64,000 nt of DNA from Podarcis erhardii. Taxonomy: Eukaryota. Position numbers and translations under genes: made by a program. The notes under the pieces are model-generated. The model was not told the origin of the DNA. It ran no database searches and saw only the letters and a list, made by a program, of their open reading frames with translations. Position 1 is the stretch's first letter; the number at the start of each line of letters is the position of its first letter. Shown in pieces: positions 22,521 to 36,000 of the stretch. Location: the NCBI GenBank assembly GCA_964252035.1, contig OZ176201.1. One strand, written 5' to 3'.

Positions 22521-25209
22521 ACAGTGTTGGTTTTGATCTAGATGTAACCCTAGATGTAGGCTTCCACAATTTGATCACCATGACAACTGTGCCATTTCCC
22601 TCTAGTGAGCATGATGAGCCCCAGTTATACTCTAATCGTGATGCTGCAGAGGTGTGCAGGGTTCATCCTGGAGGTTGTGCAGCCATCTTAGTTCCAACTT
22701 TGGCAGGACAGCTGGAGATGGTTTGCTGAGACACCATACAGGTCCAAAGTGGCGCTCGTTCCAATTCCCTGCTCTGGAGCACTTCCTTAGCCAAACTGGT
22801 AAGCTCCATGCATCTCTTTCCTACAGGAAAGTGTGGTGGTGGTGTTCTTGGATACTGTGGTGTTGAGCTCTTGACATTTGTTTCATTCTATAGTTTAATT
22901 TTGTTTTTTGCCATCTGTTAGGTTAGCTTCAGTTGAAGGACAGTGATTCTTATGCCTGGATACATGTGAAAAAGATTTTTCCTATGTTTACACTGGGCAA
23001 AATACAAGTGCAGACTTGGAGCAGGCCCATTGAAGTCATTGGACTGAAGTCCATTAATCGTGAAATGGATCTGTTCTGTTTATCTGTTCTGTTTATTCTC
23101 AACTGCAGATGACCAGGTTAGGAATGAATACCAGGATTTTAATATTTTGATATGTTGAGTCTTCCTGAACTTCACCTAGTTGAAGCTTAGAAAGACAAAG
23201 GGAGGCTATTCAGTTAGTGGTGCTTGTTCTTGGTTTTGCCTCTGGCCACCTGCCAGACCAGAGAGAAAGAGATCTGAGTTATGTGGGCGCATGGTGTGGT
23301 TTTGGTTTCCTGCGGGAGGGGTGCCAGCAAAGCAAGAAACCAGTGAAAACTGATGGGGCTTCCTGTTGGTCACAAGCCTTATCAGTCCATACCGGCTGGA
23401 GCGTTGGAATGCACAATCCACACAGCTAACCACATTGTATTAATTAGGAGGGAGTAGGTCAGCTCACTGCCTTCTGTCTTCAACAGAACGTGGAAGGAGC
23501 ATGTTCTTCACTGCCTTTGCTTCCTTTGGAAGGAGGGGAAAAAGCTTAAAGACAAGGTTTGAACAACCACAAACATCTGAATACTGGATTCATTTAGTTT
23601 AGAGAAACTCTTCTGTGAGATTCTGAGCAATGTGCTGTCACACACACACACACGGAGGAAGTGAGTGCTTTTTCTTCTGTGTATGGCATGGTGAGACAAC
23701 TTGTAGCTGCCTGGAATTTTTTGAAATTAATAGAGAATGGAGAGCCAATGCGCTTGACTTCTGTATAGTTCATTTGAGATTAACACCTGATGCATCTCTG
23801 TCTGTCTTTCTCTGAAGTTTCCTTTTGTTTTGACTGAGCAGACGGCCTGCAGCAGGCAGCGCTTCCTTTCATCTTCCTCTGATGATCAAAAGATTGCCAA
23901 GTGGTGGTTATTAAAACCTGGTGTTTAAGCTCTGGAGTGCAAGGCTGTCAGTGTAGGAGGCAGCCAATGATGTAATTTACAGTATATAATAAATATAGGA
24001 GAAGTGCAACACTGGAAGTCTATCTCTGTGCTCAAAAATGTTCTGATATATGCTGCTTTGATATTTTAACTGCTTGGCAACCTTCATTAGTGGTTACTGT
24101 GAGGATCATAAGTTATGGCTAGTCCGATGATTCATAATTGTAACTCCGTTAAATCGGTGAGCATCAAGAAATCCTCAATACTGAAGATGAATGGTTTGAC
24201 CAGTGATGGTATTATTTCATGAGCTGCGAAAATGATGAGCACTTAGAGACCCAACCTCCACAAGTACAATAAATTTTAAATGCAGAGATCATCTTTCTAA
24301 AGCATAAATTATTTGACCTGTGGCTGAAACTTGATAAAGGATCTTGGGAAGAATGTTATAAATTAGTGGGTGCCGTTGTTAGGAGAGTGTCTCAGATAAT
24401 AAGCATAACCAAGGGAGGAGGGAAACCTTTACAAGCATTTGTGTTTTGTGCATGCATTATATTTTGAATTAAATGTCCTGGCAAGTGTGAAAAAAAATAG
24501 CTGTAGAAACAAACTGGAGAAAGTAACAAGTTATTTTCCTTTTCACAAATTGTTTCATTTAGTCATGCTTATTTATAAATATGAAGCGTGTCAATGTTTA
24601 ATGCTGCTTCTTGTAATCCTGTGAATCCCAGGTATACTTTGGAGACAGCATGGCTGCTGAGAGTTTTGAGTGTGTACTGGCAAACATTTCTGGTATGAGT
24701 CAGGGTGACAAAAGCCTAATTTACCTGCTTCATAACAATGCACTGTATGCAACAGAGGTGTAAAGTGGGACTGCATCATCTTTTTCTGCTATTTATATCC
24801 ACACTGCTGTTTTAACATTGCTTGATAGCGTCTATGTGCACAAAGGGAGATGCATTCCTATATAATTTTAAAAAACAGGCTCTGATAACTCACTGCAGAG
24901 ACCCTCTTAAAATACTGTAGCTGAGAGCAGCCTCCTGCATTAACTTAGAAAGCCCATTGTGCGTGCGCATGTGCGCATACAGGTGATTTCGTCTTCGCAT
25001 TACAAAACTTCTAACAAAATTTTGGTTTTGTAAGAAACAATGTAAAGCAAAATTCTCCCCTCATAATAAACATCAATCAGAAGAAGATCAGAATGCAGCT
25101 AATATGGGAACAACTTCCCCTTTTCTTTTGAACAGTAATTAATAGAAGATTCCCCTCTTTAAATTAAGGATTGTCTGAGACACGTGAAGATGGGACATAA
25201 CAGAAAAGT

Positions 25210-25660
25210 ACAAAATAAGGAGACAAAATACATAATAAAACAAAAACAAACCAATAATCCCCCTCCCACAAGCATATTTTAAATGCCATGGAATGTTAAT
25301 CAGCCAAACGGCTGGTTGAAGAGCAATGTTTTCGCCAGCCTCTGATGATGATCACAGGGTCTGTGTCAGTTCATATGGGGAGATGGTGTCCTTGAGGTAT
25401 TGCAGTCCTGAGTCATGTAAAGCTTTGAATTGGGCCCAGAACTGTCTTCAGAGACAGCCCTACATATAATGTGTTGCATTAATCTAACCTAGAGGTTTAC
25501 AGTGCATAGACAACAGAGGCTAGGCTACCCCTGTCCAGATGGGGTACAGAAGGGCCACCAGCAGAAGCTGATGGAAGGCACTCTGCAGCACTGAGGCCAC
25601 CAGAGCCTCAAGCGACAGCAAAGGATCCAGAAAGAACCCCAAGCTACATACACATTCTGG
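25210..25660 (-). mobile_element. L2 fragment with internal deletions
   Basis: GGCTGGTTGAAGAGCAATGTTTT, GGTGTCCTTGAGGTATTG, GCTTTGAATTGGGCCC and GCATTAATCTAACCTAGAGGT are antisense L2 ORF2 and tail blocks. Confidence 0.75.
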
Positions 25661-26214
25661 ATAATCCCACTCAGCAGTTTAATGTAGATGTTGCATGACT
25701 ACATCATTTTTTATTTTGCTAGTAATTGATTTTTTATTTACCTTCTCACCTCCTTCTAATCTAGTGGGAACTCTTTCATTAACAATACTGCCAGTAGATG
25801 TTTCATTGACTGTTTGTCTCTAGAAATTTCACTTTGGATAATGGCTGTCTCATAAATTAATAGTTCCAGACTTGGTTAAAATCTCACACCAACCAGCATA
25901 GAGTCTGGAGCACATTTTTAATAAGGAGCTGGAGTCCAGTGTCAGGTTATGCTTCCTACCCCTTAGGCCACATTTTGTATGTTATCCTCATTCCTGTACC
26001 ATTTGTTCAATTACGGTAACTTTATTCGTGAGGGTCTGGATTCACAAGTACCCAAGATCAATACATAGACAAAACAGTTTTGGTATAATAATTGAAATAT
26101 GCTAATTAGACAGCAACAGATTTGATGGTAAACTTTCTTCTAAGGTGTTTGAGCAGAGCAGGTTCACATGAGTAAACCTTTTGACTGTACTTTCTACTCA
26201 CTTATATGAGATTG

Positions 26215-26860
26215 CTTATTTCACTTTTAGCCAGTCTTTCATTCCATAGAGTCCCAGGACAGCATACAGCATACAAACCCCAACAAAATTCTAACCCACA
26301 CCACACACAATAACATGGTGAAAAACCAACAACATATACAGTGGTGCCTCGCAAGACGAAATTAATCCGTTCCGTGAGGCTCTTCGTATAGTGTTTTTTT
26401 CGTCTTGCGAAGCAAGCCCATTGACAGCTTAGCGGATTAGCGCTATTAGCGGTTTAGCGGCTTTCAGCGGATCAGCTGATAAGCGGTTTAGCGGCTTAGG
26501 AAAAGGGGGGGGAGGGGGAAAAACCCGCAGGAACTCGCAAGACATTTCGTCTTGCGAAGCAAGCCCATAGGGAAATTCGTTTTGCGAAGCGCCTCCAAAA
26601 CGGAAAACCCTTTCATCTAGCGGGTTTTCCGTCTTGCGAGGCGTTCGTCTTGCGGGGCACCACTGTATATACAACCATATAGCAGTTCAACAGCAGGCAT
26701 AAAAATAGAGATCACTAATCTCCACACCCAAATACCTGGTAGGGAAAGATGCATCTTCAGGTGATGCCAAAAGGTCTTTGAAGAGGAAGGCAACGGTATC
26801 ACCTTTGGGGGAGAGTTCCACAAATGAGGTGCCACCACAGAGTGTTGTCTTGCAGTGTAT
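26215..26860 (-). mobile_element. L2 3' fragment interrupted by a MITE
   Basis: Tail GAGTCCCAGGACAGCATACAGC on the left; on the right an antisense ORF MVAPHLWNSPP...FWHHLKMHL matching the L2 C-terminal VVAPxLWNxLP..FRRxLKTHLF. Confidence 0.75.
26339..26665. mobile_element. Tigger-like MITE, 327 bp (CAGTGGTGCC subfamily), young
   Basis: TA | CAGTGGTGCCTCGCAAGACGAA ... TTCGTCTTGCGGGGCACCACTG | TA; long TIRs and many intact CpGs. Confidence 0.93.
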
Positions 26861-29721
26861 ATGAGTGTGGGTCGTAGATCTTAGCTCTAGCAACTTCAGT
26901 CATCACTGACACTCTTTGACTTTGCTGTTGCTGCAATTTGTAAGCTGCTGCCTCCCATGTTTATTGCTCTCTCATAAGCTCATGATTCTTGTAAAGTGAT
27001 GAGAAAAGCAGCACAAGGTAGTTTGTGAACTAGATATTTGTTGCAAGCCAGTCTTAAAATAAAACATGCACACACACACTTGCTTCATCTGTGTGGTTTT
27101 TTGGTGGAGTATATTCTAAATTAGGTTTACGACCAAGGTTAAGTTATACTCTGTCCAGATGTGGTTAAGGCTGTGAGAAACTAGCATGTTGTCAATTTAC
27201 TTAACTTTTTTTATTTTTTAAAAAATGGAAAGTTGGGAGAGGGGAAGCAATTTACCTTTATGATTGATCTTCAGGAAAACTTTAGTTGTGGTGCTCCCTT
27301 TAGATGCAGTGCCAGATTTACCCCCTGAAGCACCGATGGCCGGAAGAACAAAGACTTATTAAAGGGTTGCCGTGATGGAATGTAGAGATAGCATCAGACA
27401 AAGAGAAAACTTAGTAGTTAATAAAATTAATCTGCCTGTGTAATCTGCAGTGGCACTACATTCCCAAATATACTTATCTCTTAAAATACAAGAATGATTA
27501 GGTTTTGTTCTCTAGCTTGTAGGATAGCTGCCTGAACTGTTTCAGATTAAGAATGCCTCTTGCATATCAACAAAATATTAAGTGATGAAAATATTAGTGG
27601 AAAGCTGCTTATCTACCAAAAGTTACTTTAAATGGCATCAGAATTGGAATGTCTATGTGTTTGGGGCCTTAAATATAATGTTTGGAGCCCGGGAATAACT
27701 TTCATCTATTTTCTCAAGAATAACCCAAGATGTGAATTAATTATTATTTTTATGGTTTTAATGATATTAAAAGCAAAATTTCTCATCCATTTTCAGGAAT
27801 GACTATTTCACAATTCCAGGAAAAGTAAAATATACACTAATAAGATGCCCCTCCCTACCTACCAATAATATCATGTAGGAAAAAACACATATAGTAATAA
27901 TTACAGTAATATAGAAAAATATTACTGTAAAACAGCCGGTTTCTCACTTAATAAATGAAACATCTGAGGGAATAGCATGACACTCCTGTTCAGTTATCAC
28001 TGCTATTGCCCTTTGGATATGCTTGTGCTCTGAAGTTACGGAAGTTGACAACACCAAATGTTTCTGTACTGTTGGTTTTCAGTCTATTAATTCTTGATAG
28101 GAATTAAGACCATCAGTGGTACAGCACTGGCCCTGTCACAAAGCTATTGTGTGTATGTATTCTAATACAAAAGCAGCAAGATATCTGCAACTTGGATGCT
28201 TGGGCATCATCAGAAGGAAAGAGTAGGTGGTAATTAATGCCTGTAGGGCCAAGACAAGTGTTATACATTTTTGAAGTACCACAGGCAAAACGTCTCTCTT
28301 CTGTTTATCTTCTCTACATCATCTCGTTTCTTATTACAGCCAAGCTGTATGTAATGTTACCAGTAGACTCATGACAACCCATTTCATGCAGAGGCTTTTT
28401 CAGTTAAGTGAAGGGGCTTCATTTCACGTAATCCTTTATTTTATTTTATTTTTTTAAAAAATAGGTGGGAACTTTTTTGGACTGACCTTTTACAAGGTAC
28501 ATTAGCAGCTTCAGAAAGTAAGTCCTCTGTTTATTAAATAGCACAGGAGACAAAACAGTCCATTTGGAAGTGCTTCCTTTTACAAAAATATTTGAGAAAT
28601 GGTTTTGCCCAACCAGACTGCATTAAAAACTGGGAGAAAAACATTATACATCAGCTAAACATCTGCCCTTTTTAACTAGGCAGTTAAAATAGCATGATTC
28701 TCTGGATGTTTCCATCAAGAGTTCTCTAAAGTCTTAGACAGTTTAAATGTACTTGGTAGAGGACAGCCTGCTTAATCCTGGCCGTCTACTCTTTGACATT
28801 ACAGGTTTTCTCATCATAAGCAAGTTACAAGTTTCTTTATGGTTAAGACTAGTCACATCTGCTCTAGTGGCATGTGTCTGAAGGGTAAAACGTTTCCTAA
28901 AGCATGTTCAGTTGTCTTGATTTTATATAAGAACACAAACTTGGCTTGGCCTTTACTCTCAACCTCATTAGTAAGAGTACAGTGTTCTGCATGTTTACTT
29001 AGAAGTAAGCTCCTAAATAAATGTGCCTTGGATTGCAGACTTGGTTGGAGTCATCACTGCTTCTGCTGGATAACCTGGTGTTTATGCAAGAGAGATACAA
29101 AAGCTTGTGGCCATTTCCTACATGTTCTTTTCTACACACACAAAATATGTCTTAAGGGCAGTGTTTAAACTCCCATTGTTCTTGGCGCAATTTGTGACAG
29201 GGAATTTCATTAGCACGAGCAGTTTCTGAGCTCTGGGCGCAGTACTGCGACTAAGATTTCAGATTAAAACTGCAGAATGGAATGAAAGCAGGACCTCCCC
29301 ATTTCTAGCTACTCTCTGAAGACTGGAGCAGAGACCTGCTTAAGAATATTTGGGGGGTGGGCAGGGGAAGGACTAGACCATGTGAAAAATGAACATAATA
29401 TTTTAGCTGTGGTTCATTTTCAGCTTTGTATTCTTGTTATTAAAAAGTGTGCCTAGACATTCTGTTGTGCACATAACCTAGGTTTAAGGTGCCATTTAGC
29501 TCCTAGCTTTCATAGGGTGGAAGTGTACACTTTCTGCTCACAGAATTGGTGGGGGGAGGTACACTAGAAACATGTAATGACCTTTTTGGAGGAAAATGGG
29601 GTGCAATCTACATAACCCTTAAAATGGAGAGCAATTAATGAAGTAATCACATGTGCAAGGCTTATTTTTCTATGTGAACTAAGTCTGGCTTCTTATTGGT
29701 CTTTATGTTTCAATGTATCAG

Positions 29722-30002
29722 TTACAGATAGGTAGCCGTGTTGGTCTGCCATGGTCAAAACAAAATAAAAAAAATCCTTCCAGTAGCACCTTAAAGACCA
29801 ACTGAGTTAGTTCTAGGTATGAGCTTTCGTGTGCATGCACACTTCTTCAGATACACTGAAACAGAAGTCACCGGACCAAAGGTATATCTGAAAGGTATTT
29901 CAGTGTATCTGAAGAAGTGTGCATGCACACGAAAGCTCATACCTAGAACTAACTCAGTTGGTCTTTAAGGTGCTACTGGAAGGATTTTTTTTTATTTTGT
30001 TT
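29722..30002. mobile_element. Penelope-like retroelement fragment arranged as an inverted repeat
   Basis: GTAGCCGTGTTGGTCTG...CCAGTAGCACCTTAAAGACCAAC...AGCTTTCGTG..CACTTCTTCAGAT resembles sauropsid Penelope 3' ends as recalled. Arms 29758-29861 and 29898-30002 are near-perfect reverse complements. Confidence 0.8.
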
Positions 30003-33000
30003 CAATGTAGTTAGCCTTCACAGGAAAAGTGAGAGTCATTGTATCCCAAGTTAGTCCATGCTAAGTAAGCCACTTTCAGTGTTGTGTTGTTGACCAGTGA
30101 CAGCTACTAACTTGATAGAACATGCAAAAGAAGTGTATAATTAAATTTGGGGCAACTCTTTCAAGGCACACCTAAACCAATCTCTTGATTCCTTTGAGTA
30201 CCCGGGGCTGATTTCAGAACTATAGAAATGACAGGATTTAAATGTCTCAGTATGAATTTACCTGACCAAGTTCTAATCTTACCAGAATTTACTCAAAAAA
30301 ATCCTACAAGGTACAAATGCTTCTTTACAATTATTTGGTACCTCTGAGTTCCATTTCTTAAAACATTGTGACAATATAACACATAGCTGCTCTTTGTGAA
30401 ATTTAAGTCTGTTTAACACTGGCATTTTCAAAGACAATAAAAATTCCAGCCTGCCGTTTATCTATTCCCATGTGAAGAGTTACTGTACTGTATATTGTAT
30501 CATTCCATGGGAAATTCTTTGGCTTAATAGTTTCATTTATACAGTTGTCCGAGGTCAATTTTCTATTTTGCAGTTGTCAAACAGCTGCCAAATTAAGCGG
30601 CTATACTCCAAAGTTCATTTACATTTTATGCCATTCTTAGGGTGTCTGCTTCATATCTTAATATAACTAATGATTTAGCTGTGGATCTCCGTCATCCTTC
30701 CCCACAGATGTTCACACCCTCATGTTCTTTGACTGCTTAGCAAGTAGCTTTGTTTCTCTTCCAAGGCTTTTAAAAAAAGGTTTAGTCATTTTAGAAGAGA
30801 AAACTATCTCCCTAACAGAAAACAAACATGAAATGGCTGGTAACTGTGATTAATTTGGTAATGCTTCAGTAGAATAGGTTTTTGTTTTGTTTTTTGACAT
30901 TCTCTTCCATTTTTTTTATGTTGCTGGAGTAGAAGGTCGGGGGGGGGTAGAATTAACATCTGCAAAATGCCCACTGTTCCTTGGGTTTACTAATTGATCA
31001 CAATAATTATTACGTATTTTGGTTTTCTACTTTGTAATGATTTTGTGCGGTTCCTTTGAAAAGCACACGCTGGAAGGAACTTTATTCAGTGAAGTATCTC
31101 TGCAAATCAAGGCATTTTTTTATTGCTGAAATATCAAAGGATTCCACTTTAATAAGGGAACATAGACTACAGTGGAGTTCATTTGTGGTTTTGTAGCATA
31201 TTTCTTATTTAGTGTAAATGTACATGCATGGGTGAAATATTCAGGATTTTTAAAATGTAGTGCCATGATCAAAGGAATATCTCTCCTAATGCCATTGATG
31301 TCTTACTACAAAGTAGTCAAATAGCCCGGGGTCACCATCCACTTTATAAAAATTCCTTAAAGACAGGTAGGACCCTTGGGTGTTAAATGGATACTTGAGA
31401 GTTTGGTATATTTTCTGTCGAAGGAGCAGCAGAGATATATTTACAAGTACTGCCATTCAGGATAGTGCTGAGGTTCAAAGGGGCCTTGTTAAAAGGTAGT
31501 CCTAAAGGCTTGCCCCCAGTGCATCATGCCAAAAAAGTTTCTGTCTCGTTCCTTTCCAAACTTGGTCAACCCTTCTCAGGACCATGCATAGACAATATAC
31601 TCTAAGAAGCAGCTCATATTTAAATGTTTTAAGAGAAGCGTTTTAAAACCCCGTTGAGGTTATTGTGTGCAAATCATTTGAACTTACTGTGTTTGTACTA
31701 GGTAAAGGAAAGCAATACGCTTGCTAGTTGTATACTTTCTTAAGCAATGATTGGTGCTTTCGGTTGATGAGTTTGTCATTGGGATTGCAATAAAATGCAA
31801 GCCAAGGTGAAATTGGATACAGGTTGGGAGAGCAGATAAAACCAAGTGAAAATTAATGGCAGATGTAAAAGTTATCAGAAAAAAGTCTAATAGACTACGG
31901 TCATCTGTTAGTAGCGCTTTAGTAAAAGTATTTTTTCCTTTACCAGATGTGTCTTGCAGCATCTTCAGAGTAAATCATCAGTTTGACTCCTAACATTTTA
32001 CGTATTGTACGTGGTTGAATTATGCTGTTCTTTCTTGTACCGGTTTGTGGTGGTTAGAGGAATAAAGTGTGTGTTCTTAATCTAGACATAATCATAAATG
32101 TAGCATCTGAATTCCAGCTGCTGAACTGTTTGCAATGGTTTGTTTTAAGAAAAGGAGACGGATATATTTTGTCTCCCTCACTCTTAACTGACCTGTTGTT
32201 CCATCTTCAGTATTCTAGTACCTCATGCAAATATCCCTCTATTATATGGGATGGCCTGTTAATGTCTTTCTCTTCCATTGCCTGGTGAAAAGTTCAGGTG
32301 TGGTTGTTGTAAGTGGGTAGACTGAGGGCAGGATTCCTTGGCAATTGTGACTGGTTGAAGGAGTGTGGGATTTCCAGATATGGGTGGCAGGGTGAAGCAC
32401 TTACAATCAATCTGAGATTAAGGGATTGTTAGTATGATCTCCAGGGGAAAATGCAAAATTAAGAGTGTGGGTATTTAGACACTAATTCAGTTGCTCAAAA
32501 TCTTTTGACAAAAGAGTGGGTAGAAATTATTGATAGCTGCTGTGCTTATGTATCCTTTACTAATTGATCTTAGTCACAAATAACTTTATCTGAATCATAG
32601 CCATAGGGTATTTCTTTCCTCCCTTTATTCAGTGATATTTGTTTTAATGCAAGCCAGCCCCCCTCCCCTTTTTGCAACTGAGTTATCCTTATTATCTGCA
32701 AGTTCATAATGAACTAAATTGTGCAATCACACATTGTGCAAATTCTTGATCTCATAACTTGCGTTATTTTGCTGGGGTGGTGGGAACTGATCAGCATTGA
32801 CAAAAATGCCTAGGGTTTCAGCTACACAAGAAATGTTTTTATTTTTCTAGTGTTTTATACTTTAAATAATGTATTTTACTTTCTATTTAGGTTTAATTTT
32901 TAAACCTCAGGTATTTATTTAAGTAACTTATATGCCACTTTACTTTTCAGGAAAAATATCTAAGTAGTTTACAAGTGTTTCATACAAAATAGGCTTAATA

Positions 33001-36000
33001 AAATATACATTACAGATAAAATACATAAAACAAAAAAAAAATAGAATTCAGTCATTAAAATAATACAGTCAGCAGCAAGACAAGTTAACATCAGAATAGG
33101 CCTGAATGACCCTTTAGTTAGCTGTGTTGGTTTTTTGGTTGGCATACTAAGAAAGATAAAGTTAGCAAATATGGGTTGTAATTGATGAAGTTCTTCTGTT
33201 AGTGCAAGTACTTCTGCCTGTACAGCTGGACTTCCTTTCCCTAGCTCCTCCTTGTTCATCCTGCACCCCCCCATCTGTTTGGGGGTGCTCTGAACCTGCC
33301 AGAACAGATTTGGGTGCAGGGCTAGGTTTCCACCAATACCTTTTCCCTAAATATCTGTATTTGACTATAATTCTACAAAAGCAAGTAAGCTATGTATAGA
33401 TGACTGATGACAGATAGATTTGAGAAGTAAATTTGAAGTGGAATACTAGTGATATTAGCTTTTTTCAATTTTAATTACTTTATTTGACTGCCCAGAAAGC
33501 TGTGTGGGAATAAAATAACTGAATTTATTGATATCTAAAATTAAGCCTGGTAACAGGAATTTTCTCTTTTAATTCATATAACTTGGCTGTGGAAAGACTG
33601 CAGATACATAAAGCAAACAAGAGGCTGATAAAACACTTTTTTACACAGATCATAAAGTTAATTATACAAATTTGTAGTAAAGAGTCTAAATTAAGAAATG
33701 TTGTTTTTATGGTATATTAGGTGGAATTATTTTTATGTAAATGGTTTACCCCAAGGAAACTGTGAAATTGATGCATAAATCTGCTCTGTTCCAGAGCTAA
33801 GCATTTGAAATGCAATCTGTATGGGTTTAATGTCTGTAGACCAGCATGTTCTTTTTTTGCAGTGAGGTCTAGGTGCTACTAATACTGCTGTAACAGGTGC
33901 ATGTAATTTAACTGCAGAGCTAGTCAAAATATATTTAATCTGTCCATATTAAGTTGAACCATGTGGGTGTTTGACTCGAGTTTTCAGTGATGTATTTTCT
34001 GTGTTTCTAGATTTTATTCCTGCCAGTATGGAGGATAAGCCTCATTACTATAGCTACCTTTGCTTGTCCCTGTCCTTTAGGAAGCAACTTAAACTGGGTA
34101 TTGTCAGGAAAGCTGGTTTCTTCATCTTTTATGTTATATAGCTGTTGATAGTTCTGGCTAAATAGGCTTACTCTTTCTTCTGAACACCTCCTGTAAAAGT
34201 AAAACAACTTTGTAGAAGAGAGGTAGAGCTTTTCTCCAATGAACGCAGCATGTTTTATTGCCCTGAGCTCAGTGGCTGTCTTGCAGGGGAGAAACAAGGT
34301 ATAGTGAAGAGAGAATAATAGCATGCAGCTATTTGAATGTTGTTGTTTTTTTTAAAAAAATACTTAGGGAAATCAATGAGTAAAAATAGCGGGCCATTAT
34401 TATGTCATCTGCTCCAAGACTCCAAGAAGGTTATGGGATTCTTTAAGCCAGTCCAGGCTGTAACTGGAAATAGCTGTTGCCTTTTTCCTTTCATAAATGT
34501 ATCTAGTGCTTTTCATGAACTATCACTGGTATAATTGTGGTAAAGTGAAATACGTTGTTGTGGAATGTGGAGATCTCTGCTAAACACTAGAGTTTCTAGC
34601 ATGGAAATCATCACCCTAACTCATAGCAGCAGGTAAGTTGCTTTCCGCCCCCTTCCTGATTAGAAGCCTTCCAAAAGAAAAGTTCTTTAGATTGCATGAC
34701 TAGTTTTTGTAGCCGAATTATTTCACAGTGACTGGTGTTGCAGATTATTTATTTTAAAGGTAAATAGAAGCAGACTACAGCTAGCATGAATATGTTCCTT
34801 TAAGCTTGCAAAAGGCACAGAATCCAGCCTTAAATGCCCAACTATATTCAGTGTTCAACAGTCAATTTTATCCTGCCATGAGCTCTTATTAGTTGACAAA
34901 GAGGAAAAATTGTTATTGCATGCGGCTATCTAGCTGGGTGGTCTTCCAGGAGCTATAATCAACACTGTCTTTCTCATCAATACGCAGTTCAACACTACAA
35001 ATTTATCTTATCGTGTGGTAACAGCAAGGGTTTACTCTAAGAATTGTGAGAAATTGCAAATGGGCTTTCAAAAGGAAGCAGGATGAATTGCATTTAGACT
35101 TGGGTTCCTTTGTGGCATAGCAACTGTAAAGATTTTTTTCCTTACTTTTCATGCTAAATTTGCCAGTTGGGTTTTTTGTGTTGGTCTAATTTTTTAAAGT
35201 TATTTCTCCTCTGCAATGAGTCATTACCGCTACTTTCAACAAATGAATAGCCATTTTAGTTAAGATTTATTACAAAGAAATGCACATTAGAAACAATCAT
35301 CTTGATAGACATGTAAAATTAGTTTGGTGATTAGTAGGCTGTGAAACTGTTAAGTACTGTTAGGTAAATTGCCGTGGCACATATGCACTATTTAATCCAT
35401 TGCATAAATAAAATAGTTTTGAAATATTGTTATGCATGTCTAGAGAATGTGAAAATGCTGACTGTTTAAACACAAAAGAGCATATTTGCAAAAGGAAGCT
35501 GAAAATTAGCTTGTCAAATATGGTAGAATATTATGGGTAAGAAGAAGAAGGTAATATTGAGCAAGTTATTAAGGAAACTGCTTTCTATTGTTTCATTATT
35601 GTAATGTTCTGGAATGTTATACATTTGCTGGGGGCAGAAGGGGGGAGGGATCTTTTTATTTCTTTCATTTTCCCCTTTTTGTCTTCAATGAAAATGAAGA
35701 ATAACAACCTCAGACAGTACCAGTAGAGTATGTGCATGTATATTGACCTGTTTCCTTTATGGCACTTGTGAGAAGGCTCCACTTTTATTATGCAGACACT
35801 AAGAAGACTTCAGAATTAATGTTCTGGGTATCAGAAGACATCCCACCCCACTTTCAGTTTTTAAAATACACGTCAACACTTAAGTTGGGTAGACAGCAGC
35901 ACTAATCATATTAAGCACAGTCTCCAAACTCACGGGGAATGCATAATTAATTCATTGTTTTAGAGGTGCTCATTTACTGGTCAAGGGCAAGCAGTCCATG

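Noticed and set aside
23880-23960. TGATGA box-C-like motif (possible C/D snoRNA)
   Set aside because: No box D CTGA at a suitable distance and no terminal stem.
24964-24977. TGCGCATGTGCGCA, NRF1-like
   Set aside because: Half-site spacing is 2 nt too long and it lies outside any CpG island.
28270-28281. TTTGAAGTACCA (FEVP), resembling the start of COX10 exon 5
   Set aside because: No acceptor AG at the right position, and the continuation (QAKRL) does not match FDSNMNRT.
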